Part shown: positions 9,601 through 17,575 of the stretch, one piece after another | How the letters are laid out: every line of letters starts with the position of its first letter | Numbering within the stretch: the first letter of the stretch is position 1 | DNA from: an uncultured Eubacteriales bacterium | GTDB taxonomy: Bacteria; Bacillota; Clostridia; Christensenellales; Aristaeellaceae | DNA: 42,039 bases | Direction: 5' to 3' | NCBI GenBank assembly: GCA_900318045.1 | Contig: ONJE01000002.1 | Location: 1 to 42,039 of the forward strand | Position numbers and translations under genes: made by a program | Notes under the pieces: model-generated | Databases searched by the model: none | Seen by the model: only the letters and a program-made list of their open reading frames with translations | Told to the model about the DNA's origin: nothing

Positions 9601-9868
9601 CAACGACCGCACGAAGGAGATAGCCAGCTCCTCCGCCTACAAGACGATAAAGGGCTATGAGAATATGCGCACGGGCGACCTGATCTGCAAAGGCGGCAGC
9701 CACGTGGTGATGTTCCTGTACTATGCCAACGCCGAAAAGACCAAGATCATGATCATCGAAAACGGCGGCATCGAGCCCGGTACCAACACCGTGCACTGCA
9801 TGGTGATGAACGTCAGCTGGTACTCCTCGAGAAGCTACAAGGTCCGCAGGCTGAAATCCCTGGGATAA
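6623..9868 (+). CDS. secreted multi-Big_2 (bacterial Ig-like) repeat protein with C-terminal NlpC/P60-like cysteine peptidase domain
   Basis: Signal peptide MMKKTALLLVLCLLATMLPGVGYT, followed by an acidic region of about 85 aa. Nine Big_2-like modules of about 80-85 aa (pattern L.LG....L......S...Y.SS....A.V...G.VTGV..G.A.IT). C-terminal GNDCSCFVD (Cys codon 9551-9553) and GDLICKGGSHVVMF (His codon 9701-9703). AAAGGAG RBS at 6612-6618. Confidence 0.85.
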   Translation: MMKKTALLLVLCLLATMLPGVGYTEDEPISNEADMQIEDIVMGEDVQIDLMEEEDSDFMLIEGALDLDLEAPAGDIPEPGVADGPVQDDPAVETINDSTPYVDPEGPQLVTNSRTLGIEDYFYLEAKMPDGSTDGITYVSSDSSIAKVYKSGRVTGVSVGFASITAVAENGKYSECFIYVKKAPEAISFGMDSLTLGKGETYDRLVIALGSPAEEYAGTYTLTSENTGVVKVKKNGTLKGVKVGKGRIKVETYNGLKATLPVTVANAPGKITLSVDKAVLGVGEGGKVSYKLPKKTAGTVTFASSNPEIVSVDSTTGAIMGVAEGTATITGKTFNGKKGTVKVTVTAEPEALSFIGDIRLGVGMEVKARDYLTEGGDSDVTFKVKNKKIATCTAGVLKGVKKGKTVLTATAYNGLTAQCNIQVVAAPTKVQLPYTELEIGVKQSVRLEPSVGSSASTYTYSSSNAKVAKVSSNGTVTGVKKGTATITVKTYNGKKCTLKVKVVKAPSSVELSPDNLALSIGESAALSWTFPKGSASGVSFESSAPEIAAVDPETGLVTGVSSGTAIITVTTSNGKQDQTTVTVGNGDVEWIRFTEDYASIGVGQQRQLYVEMNPGAQASVSYVSADEGIATVSGSGVVTGMSEGQTTIIADTGVEGITAQMTVSVLPAPDSVWFDPDAMTLKVGDSVLLMPVTPEGTATAFTYSSSKPEVASVSDDGTLSALSNGDTKVTVTTSNGLKATLAVTVVDPLYPESARLTNAPSTMKAGDQLQLEWKVTPSDAYVDFAWESSNANIAYVDGAGMLYAVSAGYATITAKSQRNPNIVLSFKVSVESDSVVLTMPERITAVSGISRNLEKIDAIRVCAIGQIDAMKDSGEITSADASKRKRIINNAFGDYAFPWATLKKQLYWKKENSEGGVKDFKPGQVYYGVPYISGSGDNREYNVPKLLDEGIYYESGKGYYILDQTKISGRKYYGNDCSCFVDAAIWGTNSSHSNDRTKEIASSSAYKTIKGYENMRTGDLICKGGSHVVMFLYYANAEKTKIMIIENGGIEPGTNTVHCMVMNVSWYSSRSYKVRRLKSLG
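6947..9117 (+). repeat. nine tandem Big_2-module coding repeats (protein-level periodicity of about 250 nt)
   Basis: Repeat boundaries were read from the translated sequence (modules end in ...V.V..AP..I/V). The repeats are divergent at the DNA level. Confidence 0.65.
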
Positions 9869-9875
9869 AAAATAA

Positions 9876-9907
9876 CAGCGCCGCGTCCGTCAACGGTCGC
9901 GGCGCTG
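9876..9907. terminator. bidirectional hairpin between convergent genes
   Basis: 10-bp stem CAGCGCCGCG/CGCGGCGCTG with a 12-nt loop, beginning 8 nt after the stop at 9868. Flanked by A-rich sequence (9867-9875). Overlaps the 3' end of the minus-strand gene. Confidence 0.55.
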
Positions 9908-10276
9908 CATTTCGCTGTGCTCCCGGGCAAGCTCGCGATGCAGATCCAGGGAATTCCAGGCGACGTTTACAGGCGTCAGAACCGCTTTCAGGGCGATCCT
10001 GGGCACGTTCGCCGCGCGCATGCTGTTCAGGAAGGCATCCAGTTCGTTCGACATCATGTGGCACATTACCAGCATTTCATCGTTGAAGCGGTGGCCGGGC
10101 ATTGCATCGGGTGTCGGTGCCTTTGCGATTGGAATTCCAGCCAGCGCCCCGATGGGCAGGGCGTATTCCCCGGGGTTGACGGTGCGGACGCGGATGCCCA
10201 AATCCCGGCAGATCCTGGCAATCCCGGCCTCGGTGCCGGGCTTCAGGTTGTAGGTCAACAATAACGGCAGTGCCAT
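9890..10276 (-). CDS. DUF3783-like small protein
   Basis: 128 aa. The MLVMCHM...LDAFLNSMRAANVPRIALKAVLTPVNVAWNSLDLHRELAREH pattern matches my recollection of the DUF3783 family. ATG 10276 is preceded by GGAGG (10287-10283). Confidence 0.65.
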   Translation of the reverse strand: MALPLLLTYNLKPGTEAGIARICRDLGIRVRTVNPGEYALPIGALAGIPIAKAPTPDAMPGHRFNDEMLVMCHMMSNELDAFLNSMRAANVPRIALKAVLTPVNVAWNSLDLHRELAREHSEMQRRDR

Positions 10277-10308
10277 GTGCGCCTCCATAATTATGATGAT
10301 TCATACAG

Positions 10309-10338
10309 ATTATAGCCGCAAGGGCGCGCCTGTGTCAA
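10309..10338 (-). promoter_or_regulatory. sigma-A type promoter for DUF3783 gene
   Basis: Minus strand reads TTGACA (10338-10333), 18-nt spacer, TATAAT (10314-10309). Confidence 0.5.
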
Positions 10339-10421
10339 CTTGAATTGGGAGGAAAATGCGGAATACATCCATGGGTTGACGGACTTTATCAGGCGGTCGC
10401 CAACGACCTGGCACAAATGAG

Positions 10422-10456
10422 CATGCACGCCGCGTACGAATCCGCAGGCGTGCATG
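10422..10456 (-). terminator. candidate terminator downstream of rnr
   Basis: 10-bp stem CATGCACGCC/GGCGTGCATG with a 15-nt loop, about 70 nt after the rnr stop. Only a weak T tract on the minus strand. Confidence 0.35.
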
Positions 10457-10523
10457 ACCATGGATATAGGGCGCGCGATGCGCGAATATCACGAGACGGA
10501 GATCGATGTGGTGTGTGACGGGA

Positions 10524-12644
10524 TCATACGGATGCGCTGAGCGCCTCCTCCTCCACCGGCGGCAGCAGGTCGAAGTTTATCTCTCCAAGTGGCACATTGG
10601 CCTGAGCCGCCCGCACCCGTACCCGGTCGCCCAGGCGGAAGATGGTGCCGGTGGCCGTACCGATGAGGCGGCTCCGATCCCTGTCGTACTCAAAGAAATC
10701 GTCAAGCTGGGAGATGTGCACCAGCCCCTCCGCGCCGTTGGGCAGCGATACATAGAGCCCCCAGCCGGTGACCGAGGATACAGTGCCGTCAAATTCCTCT
10801 CCAATGTGCCGCGCCATCCAGGCCGCCATCATGATGCCGTCCGCCTGGCGTTCAGCGCTCACCGCCGCGCCTTCCCGCAGTGAGCAGTCCGCTGCGATGT
10901 CCGCCATGCGCCCCTGCCAGCGGGCGGCTTCTTCCATGCGCCCTTCCGTCAGCAGCTTCAGCATGCGGTGTACGATCAGGTCAGGGTAGCGCCGTATGGG
11001 GGAAGTGAAGTGACAGTAATCCTCCAGGGCCATGGCGTAATGGCCCAGGGGCCGCTCGCAATAGCGGGCCTTTTTTAGCGCTCGCAGCAGGTTGTGGCGA
11101 ATCACATCCCGGGCGGGGTGATCCTTCACCTGCTCCAGCACGCCCTGCAGTACGCCGGGGTGAGGCGTGGGACCGATGTGGGTGTACAGATCCAGGCTGC
11201 CCAGCAGCGATTCCAGCGCCTTCAGCTTTTCCGGATCGGGTTCCTCGTGGACGCGGTATACGAAGGGCAGCTCTGTGTTTTTCGCCAGCGCGGCAACGGT
11301 CTCGTTGGCAGCCAGCATGAAGTCTTCAATAATGCGCTCCGCCTCGCCCCGGGGCTGAAGCAAAATTTCCTCGGGTTGCCCGGTCTCATCCAGCACGAAT
11401 TCCGGTTCGTCGATCTCGAAGTCGATGGCCCCCCGGGCGAACCTCCGTCCCCGCAGCATGTGGGAAAGCGTGCGCATCTGGTTGAGTGCTTCACCCACCT
11501 CTGGCGATATGTCCGTTTCGCCGCCCTCGAACAGCCGGTTCGCAGCCTCGTAGGTCAAGCGCGCGTGGGAGTGGATGACCGATTCCACCAGCCGGTGATC
11601 CACCACCTTGCCGTTTTCGATATCCATGAAGAGGCTCAGGGCCAACCGGTCTACGTCGGGCATCAGCGAACAGAGGTTGTTGGACAAGCACTCGGGCAGC
11701 ATCGGCACGGTCAGGCCGGGCAGGTACAGCGACGTGCCCCGCTCCAGCGCGTCCTGATCGATGGCGGTGCCGGGACGAACGTAGTGGCTGACGTCGGCGA
11801 TGTGCACGCCCAGGCGCCAGCCCTTTTCGGTCTGCTCGATGGATACGGCGTCGTCAAAGTCCTTGGCGGTAGAGCCGTCGATGGTGAAGGTGAGCAGGTC
11901 GCGAAGATCCTCCCGGCCAGCGATATCCTCCGGGCGCACCGAGTCGGGCATGGCCTCGGACGCCTCTGCCACGGCTGGGGTGGGCTCCGTGGTAAAGCCC
12001 TGGTCCTCGGCCACGGCCCGCATCAGCGCCGGCAGGCTCTCCTCGTCGCCCAGCACCCGCAATACGCTGGCGTAGATCGGGCGGCCGTCCTGAGGATAGC
12101 GGTCAATGCGCAAAAGGGCGATCTGGTCGTTTTCCAGCTTGTCCAGGTCGCCGGTCAGCACCACGTCATAGGGGATGCGCACGTCGCAGGGGATGGCGGA
12201 AGCCACCGCCTTGACCTCGGCGTTACGTTTGCCGATGGTCTTGGTTTGCTTGCGCTCGATGCGCACATAGGCGGCGAAGCGTTCCTTGCCCCGGCGCAGT
12301 ATGGCGTTCAGCTGGCAGTGGTCGCCAAGCGGGCGCACCAGCGTCAGGTCGTCGGGCATGCAGCGCTCCGTGCCGCTGTATTCGATCTTCAGCGCTGCCC
12401 CGCCGTTCACGGCTTGGGCCATCGGCGTGCCGTTGCGCTGGAAGACCACCCGTGCCGCGGTCAGGCCGATGGTCTCGGGGATAGCCCAGCCGCCCTTACG
12501 GGTGGAAGCGATGCGCCCTTCACCAGCCAATTCGTCCAGTGCTGATTGAACCGTTTCCAGGGGACATTGGTTTTCCTCCGAGAGTTGTCTGGCTGTCAGC
12601 GGAACCCTGGAAGCCTCGATTTGCAGGTAAAGCTGTTCCTTCAT
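10524..12644 (-). CDS. rnr: ribonuclease R
   Basis: 706 aa. RNB-domain motif TIDGSTAKDFDDAVSIE, HFTSPIRRYPDL, and a C-terminal S1 domain (FDGTVSSVTGWGLYVSL). Start at ATG 12644 behind AGGAG; the upstream part of ORF 10524..12791 overlaps the preceding gene. Confidence 0.92.
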   Translation of the reverse strand: MKEQLYLQIEASRVPLTARQLSEENQCPLETVQSALDELAGEGRIASTRKGGWAIPETIGLTAARVVFQRNGTPMAQAVNGGAALKIEYSGTERCMPDDLTLVRPLGDHCQLNAILRRGKERFAAYVRIERKQTKTIGKRNAEVKAVASAIPCDVRIPYDVVLTGDLDKLENDQIALLRIDRYPQDGRPIYASVLRVLGDEESLPALMRAVAEDQGFTTEPTPAVAEASEAMPDSVRPEDIAGREDLRDLLTFTIDGSTAKDFDDAVSIEQTEKGWRLGVHIADVSHYVRPGTAIDQDALERGTSLYLPGLTVPMLPECLSNNLCSLMPDVDRLALSLFMDIENGKVVDHRLVESVIHSHARLTYEAANRLFEGGETDISPEVGEALNQMRTLSHMLRGRRFARGAIDFEIDEPEFVLDETGQPEEILLQPRGEAERIIEDFMLAANETVAALAKNTELPFVYRVHEEPDPEKLKALESLLGSLDLYTHIGPTPHPGVLQGVLEQVKDHPARDVIRHNLLRALKKARYCERPLGHYAMALEDYCHFTSPIRRYPDLIVHRMLKLLTEGRMEEAARWQGRMADIAADCSLREGAAVSAERQADGIMMAAWMARHIGEEFDGTVSSVTGWGLYVSLPNGAEGLVHISQLDDFFEYDRDRSRLIGTATGTIFRLGDRVRVRAAQANVPLGEINFDLLPPVEEEALSASV

Positions 12645-12655
12645 GGCGATTACTC

Positions 12656-13888
12656 CTATGCCTGTTGTATTCTTTTGATCCTGACCTGTTCCACTCGCCG
12701 ACGGGCGACCTGCTCTACGGTGACGTGCAGGTCGTTGTAATCGAAGGTGTCTCCTTGCTGGGGCAGGTGGCCCAGTACCTCCAGCACCCACCCGTTTACT
12801 GTGACGGATTCATAATCATCTCCGATGGGCAACCGCTGGCGCAGATCGTCCAGGCTCGCGCTGCCGCTGACTCGCCATTCGTCTTCAGAGAGAGGGACGA
12901 TATCCTCCACTACCTCGTCGTGTTCGTCCCATATTTCGCCCACCAGCTCTTCCAGTATGTCCTCCATCGTGACGATGCCCACCACACCGCCGTACTCGTC
13001 CACCACGACGGCCATGTGGTTTTTCGTGCGCTGCAACAGCTTCAGCAGCACGGCCAGTTGAGTGGAGGGCACCACACACAGGGGCTTTGTCATCATGTCC
13101 CCGAGAGGAGCCTTGTCCCTCAGACGGTAAAAGTCCTTCTCGTGGAGTATGCCCACGATGTTGTCGATGTTGTCTTCGTAGACAGGTATCCTGGAGCACC
13201 CACTCTCCTGGAAGGTGCGGGCGATTGCCTCGGAGGTGTCGTGCAGCTCCGCCGAGACGATGTCCACCCGGGGGGTGAGTATGTCCTCGGCGGTCATGTC
13301 GTTGAATTCGATGGCCGAGCGAATCAGCTCGCCTTCGTGCTTGTCGATCTCGCCCCCGTTCTCGGCCTCCTCCACGATGGTGATCAACTCCTCCTCATTG
13401 ATACCCCTGTCCTTTGACGGCGGCACGATTCTGTAGATCAGCTTCTGCCAGCAGGTGGTCAGGAATACGATGGGGGTCAGCACGACCAGTATGGCGTTGA
13501 GCAGCGGGTAGACTGTCAACGCCACCTGCTCCGGCCGGTCCTTGGCGATGGTCTTGGGGGCGATCTCGCCGAACATCAGCACGACCACCGTCATCACCGC
13601 CGTGGATACAGATACGCCCGCGCCGCCGAGGAGGCGCACAAACAGCACCGTCGCCAGCGACGCGGAAAGAATATTCACGATGTTGTTGCCCACCAGTATG
13701 CCGGAAAGCAGCCTGTCGTAGTCCTCGGCCAAAGCCAATACCTTCGCGGCACGCCGATTGCCCCCGTTGACCATGGCCTTCAGCCGCGCTCGGTTCAAGC
13801 TGGTGTAAGCGGTCTCCGAGGCGGAAAAGAAGGCGGACATGGCCACGAGGGCGATCAGGGCGAGTATCAATGTGCCGTTTTCGTCCAT
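12656..13888 (-). CDS. CNNM/HlyC-CorC family transporter (DUF21 + CBS pair + CorC_HlyC)
   Basis: N-terminal DUF21 membrane domain ([14 protein letters not shown]), a CBS pair, and a C-terminal transporter-associated domain. The stop lies 9 nt before the rnr start. Confidence 0.9.
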   Translation of the reverse strand: MDENGTLILALIALVAMSAFFSASETAYTSLNRARLKAMVNGGNRRAAKVLALAEDYDRLLSGILVGNNIVNILSASLATVLFVRLLGGAGVSVSTAVMTVVVLMFGEIAPKTIAKDRPEQVALTVYPLLNAILVVLTPIVFLTTCWQKLIYRIVPPSKDRGINEEELITIVEEAENGGEIDKHEGELIRSAIEFNDMTAEDILTPRVDIVSAELHDTSEAIARTFQESGCSRIPVYEDNIDNIVGILHEKDFYRLRDKAPLGDMMTKPLCVVPSTQLAVLLKLLQRTKNHMAVVVDEYGGVVGIVTMEDILEELVGEIWDEHDEVVEDIVPLSEDEWRVSGSASLDDLRQRLPIGDDYESVTVNGWVLEVLGHLPQQGDTFDYNDLHVTVEQVARRRVEQVRIKRIQQA

Positions 13889-13912
13889 TACGGACTTTCA
13901 CGCTCCTTGTAT

Positions 13913-14932
13913 TTATAGCTGTTCGACAAGCCCCGCCACGTTCTCGGCGCGGTAGCCCAGCTCAGCGATCAGTTTCTCACGGTCGGGCAGGCAGGATACC
14001 AGCACCTTGGTGTCGCCCTCCAGCGCTACGCCCTCCAGGCCCGCGGGGACCAGGACGCTGTCAAAAGCGTTCAGCGTCATCTCATCGTCGCTCCAGCGCA
14101 GGGTGCAGGGGCCCATTGGCGTCAAAAACAGCATCCTGCCACTCTCCAGGGGCATATTGCCGGAAAGATTCAGGCGGCACAGCTCAAAGTGCCTGTCGCA
14201 GATGTAATAGGTGCGGCTGCCGCCCTTGCACAGCACCGTGGTGCCCTCGTTTTTTTCCAGCTGCAGGTCGGGACGACACACATCCAGAGCCTTCTCCACC
14301 TGGAGTTCCCTGGGCTTGCCGTCCGCGAAAACCCGGCCCCAGTCCCACAGGCGGTAATTGATATCGGTAGACTGGCCGATCTCGTAACACAGTATGCCCT
14401 CGCCCACGGCGTGGACCATGCCCTCGGGGATGTAGTAAACGTCGCCCGGGCGCACGTTCTTCCAGCGCAGGCACTCCTCGATCCGACCCTCGGCCACGAC
14501 CTTGTCCAGCGGCTCGCCCCGGGTGTCCACGCCGTAAACGATCCGCGCGCCGGGTTCGGCGTTGAGAATGATCCAGGCCTCGCTCTTGCCGCTCTTGTTC
14601 TCGTGCTCTGCGGCGTAGGTGTCGTCGGGGTGTACCTGTACCGACAGGGGCATCAGCGTGTCCAGCAGCTTCAGCAGCAGCGGGAATTCCCCGCCGGTAT
14701 TGCCCGTCAGAGCGTCGCCCCACAGCTCAACCATGCGGGAGAGGGGCTTTCCGGTATGCAGACCATTGGCCACCATGCTCTCGTATCCCGGCAGGGCCGA
14801 GATCTCAAGGCTTTCGCCTGTGGCGCCGTCGGGCGCGTCTTTCATCAGCGTGTCGCGCAGCATGTGACCGCCCCAGGGGGTCTCTTCGCCGTGTCGGAAA
14901 GTGGGCGCCATCAAAAGTGGATATAAAGTCAT
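13913..14932 (-). CDS. manA: mannose-6-phosphate isomerase, type I
   Basis: 339 aa. PWGG, LSVQVHPDD and KSEAWIIL metal-ligand motifs. ATG 14932 is preceded by GGAGG (14945-14941). The rest of ORF 13913..15307 is an upstream run-on. Confidence 0.88.
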   Translation of the reverse strand: MTLYPLLMAPTFRHGEETPWGGHMLRDTLMKDAPDGATGESLEISALPGYESMVANGLHTGKPLSRMVELWGDALTGNTGGEFPLLLKLLDTLMPLSVQVHPDDTYAAEHENKSGKSEAWIILNAEPGARIVYGVDTRGEPLDKVVAEGRIEECLRWKNVRPGDVYYIPEGMVHAVGEGILCYEIGQSTDINYRLWDWGRVFADGKPRELQVEKALDVCRPDLQLEKNEGTTVLCKGGSRTYYICDRHFELCRLNLSGNMPLESGRMLFLTPMGPCTLRWSDDEMTLNAFDSVLVPAGLEGVALEGDTKVLVSCLPDREKLIAELGYRAENVAGLVEQL

Positions 14933-14990
14933 GTTCACATCCTCCTTCTTTTTTGCGCGCTTCCACCTGCCTGCTGGCATCGGAAAGCGC

Positions 14991-15019
14991 TTGCAAAAGC
15001 TGCCTGCGTGAATTATACT
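14991..15019 (+). promoter_or_regulatory. candidate promoter for helicase gene
   Basis: TTGCAA 14991-14996, 17-nt spacer, TATACT 15014-15019. Confidence 0.4.
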
Positions 15020-15077
15020 GGTATGCGGGATATCTGTGTAAGTATAATCGCCCCAGACAATCTTAATGTAACATGAT

Positions 15078-17426
15078 GTGACCGTTATGTCAAGGGAAAG
15101 GGAGAGAACCGTGCAAAAAATACATTCGGTCAGTGTGCGAACGCTGGCGGAATTCGCCTTTGAAAAGGGCGACCTTATACCGGCCCGTCGTGCCGCGGCC
15201 CGCATGCGCGAGGGTGTGCGGGGCCACCAGGCGCTCCAGCAGCTGTTGCCGCACAGCTGGGAAAGCGAGGTCGCTGTGTCCAGGGACATTCCCATTGACG
15301 GCCACATCCTGAGGATTCACGGCAGGGCTGACGGGGTCTGCATCGACCGCGAGGTCGTGCAGGTGCTGGAGATCAAGACCACCGCGAAGAATCCGTCCAA
15401 CATACTGAAGTACGACTATCCCGCCCACTGGGCCCAGGGGGAGATCTATGCAGCACTGTTCTGCCTGAACCGGGGGCTTGGACAGGCGGAGGTTCGCCTG
15501 ATCTACGCCCGCATGGACGGTAAAAAGCGGGAATTCAGCGAGGATTACAACGCCTGGGAGCTGGAGGAGCGGCTGATGGCCTACGCCGTGCCCTACCTGC
15601 GCTGGGTTGCCGCGGTCGATGACTGGAAGGACCGTTCCCGACCCACGCTGGATGCCCTCGCCTTTCCATTTGAATACTACCGGGAGGGCCAGCGGGACAT
15701 GGCTGCGGCGGTTTATACCGCCATGCGGAACCACGCCAACACCCTGATCGAAGCGCCTACCGGCATCGGCAAGACTGCCGCGGCGCTGTTCGGGGCGCTG
15801 AAAGCCCTGGGGAAGGGTCATGTGACGGCGATATTCTATCTCACCGCCCGCACCACCGGCCGCAGGGCTGCTGAGGACGCCCTCAGGCTGATGCGCGCCG
15901 GGGGGCTGGCCCTGCGCAGCGTGACCATCACTGCCAAGGAAAAGGTATGTCCGATGGGCAAGGCGGACTGCATGGGCTGCCAGCTGGCCGCGGGCTACTA
16001 CGACCGGCGGCGGGAGGCGCTGAGGGAGGCACTCTCATTGCAGCAATTGGACGCCGGGGCCATCATTGACCTGGCCAACGCGCACGAGCTTTGTCCATTC
16101 GAACTGTCGCTGGACATCTCCGAAAACGCCGACGTGGTCATATGCGACTACAATTACGTGTTCGACCCGAAGGTGCGGTTGAAGCGCTTCTTTGACGGCA
16201 AATCCAAGGCGGGCCTGCTGGTGGACGAGGCACACAACCTGGCCGACCGTGCCAGGGATATGCTCTCGGCGGAGCTGTCCGGGGAAAAGGGCGCGTCTGT
16301 TCACGACCTGGTGGTGCAGTTCGAGGGGCCGGACAGCCCGATGGCGGGGCTACTGGAGGAATTGCTGGGGGCGCTGGAGGACGCCGATGCGGAGCAGGAG
16401 TACAGCTCGGACCTGCCAGAGACCGTCGTGGAGGCCGCGAGGCGCTTTGCCGAAATAGCCATGGAGCTGGAGCCTGTGGAGCCGGAGCTGGTGGACTTCA
16501 TCTATGATGTGCAGTGGTTCGTGCGGGTGTCGAAGCAGTTCGAACAGGACGCCTATCGGGCGCTGATCCTGCCGGGGGAGAAGTACCTGACTGTGCGGCT
16601 GTGGTGCTTCGATCCGTCCAATCACCTGCGCAAGGTGCTGTCCCGTGTCGGTGGCAGCGCGCTGTTTTCGGCCACCCTTGCGCCGATGGAGTATTACGCC
16701 GCCATGCTGGGCGCGGACGGCGAGGCAGATACTACCCTGCGGTTGGAATCTCCCTTCCCGCCGGAAAACCTGTACGTGGCCCGTATGCCCGTGGCCGTGG
16801 GCATGAAGGACCGGGAGCGCACACTGAACGCGGTATGCCAGGTCATCCACGCGATGGCCGGGGCGAAGCCGGGGAACTACCTGGCCTGCTTTCCCTCCTA
16901 CGCCTACATGACCCAGGCGTTTCGCCGCTATTGCATGCTTTGGCCCTATGACGAGGTCATTTGCCAGGAGTCGGGGATGGGGGAGAAGGCGCGGCTGGCG
17001 TTTATCGAGCGCTTCCAGCCCGCGCCGAGGGAGAGCCTGGTGGGCTTTGTGGTGCTGGGCGGCGTGTTCGCCGAGGGTGTGGACCTGCCTGACGACCGGC
17101 TGTCCGGCGCGGCCATCGTCTCCACGGGCATCCCCCAGATCAGCTTTGAGCGGGAACTGCTTCAGGAGCAGCTGGACGACGGAGACGGCGGCGGCCATGA
17201 TGCCGCCTACGTCTATCCCGGCCTTCGGCGCGTGCTCCAGGCCGCGGGCCGGGTGATCCGCACAGAGAACGACCGGGGCGTGGTGCTGCTGATGGACATG
17301 CGCTACCGACAGGAGAAGTACCGCCTGCTGATGCCGCCCCACTGGGACGTGCGGGACGTGAAGAAGCTGAGCGAGTTGAGGACGGATCTGGATGCGTTTT
17401 GGCGAAACGGGGAAATTGAGAATTGA
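15078..17426 (+). CDS. PD-(D/E)XK (RecB/Cas4-like) nuclease fused to XPD/DinG-family Fe-S DNA helicase
   Basis: N-terminus has GRADGV (Asp), LEIKT (ExK) and QGEIY (QxxxY). Helicase motif I is EAPTGIGKT; four Cys at VCPMGKADCMGC...ELCPF; then VICDYNYVFD, the DEAH box LLVDEAHNL, and C-terminal GVFAEGVDLP...QAAGRVIR. Start is uncertain: GTG 15078, ATG 15087, or GTG 15111 (the last sits 7 nt after GGGAG). Confidence 0.85.
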   Translation: MTVMSRERERTVQKIHSVSVRTLAEFAFEKGDLIPARRAAARMREGVRGHQALQQLLPHSWESEVAVSRDIPIDGHILRIHGRADGVCIDREVVQVLEIKTTAKNPSNILKYDYPAHWAQGEIYAALFCLNRGLGQAEVRLIYARMDGKKREFSEDYNAWELEERLMAYAVPYLRWVAAVDDWKDRSRPTLDALAFPFEYYREGQRDMAAAVYTAMRNHANTLIEAPTGIGKTAAALFGALKALGKGHVTAIFYLTARTTGRRAAEDALRLMRAGGLALRSVTITAKEKVCPMGKADCMGCQLAAGYYDRRREALREALSLQQLDAGAIIDLANAHELCPFELSLDISENADVVICDYNYVFDPKVRLKRFFDGKSKAGLLVDEAHNLADRARDMLSAELSGEKGASVHDLVVQFEGPDSPMAGLLEELLGALEDADAEQEYSSDLPETVVEAARRFAEIAMELEPVEPELVDFIYDVQWFVRVSKQFEQDAYRALILPGEKYLTVRLWCFDPSNHLRKVLSRVGGSALFSATLAPMEYYAAMLGADGEADTTLRLESPFPPENLYVARMPVAVGMKDRERTLNAVCQVIHAMAGAKPGNYLACFPSYAYMTQAFRRYCMLWPYDEVICQESGMGEKARLAFIERFQPAPRESLVGFVVLGGVFAEGVDLPDDRLSGAAIVSTGIPQISFERELLQEQLDDGDGGGHDAAYVYPGLRRVLQAAGRVIRTENDRGVVLLMDMRYRQEKYRLLMPPHWDVRDVKKLSELRTDLDAFWRNGEIEN

Positions 17427-17452
17427 AATGGTCTTTGATGTGTAAATATAAA

Positions 17453-17489
17453 GCGCCATCCCGTGCGCATCCTGCGCACGGGATGGCGC
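17453..17489. terminator. strong hairpin between convergent helicase and tdk genes
   Basis: Perfect 17-bp stem GCGCCATCCCGTGCGCA/TGCGCACGGGATGGCGC with a 3-nt loop. The flank at 17444-17452 is A/T-rich, giving a T-rich tail on the minus strand. Confidence 0.6.
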
Positions 17490-17575
17490 CCCTGCTATGC
17501 GGTAGATGGAGCGGCGGCGACTGCGCCGCCATCCTTTTCCCGCGCTAAGAACGCTATGGCGGCAGATTGTTGCCG

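Noticed and set aside
10289-10523. Expected smpB/ssrA (tmRNA) downstream of rnr, as in Bacillus synteny.
   Set aside because: The 235-bp gap is too short for either, and no tRNA-like or resume-codon features were seen. It contains only a hairpin and the DUF3783 promoter.
15078-17426. DinG/XPD-like helicase as part of a defence system (for example type IV CRISPR-associated DinG).
   Set aside because: There is no CRISPR array, cas gene or other defence gene within the window. It is flanked by manA and tdk, so a repair role is more parsimonious.
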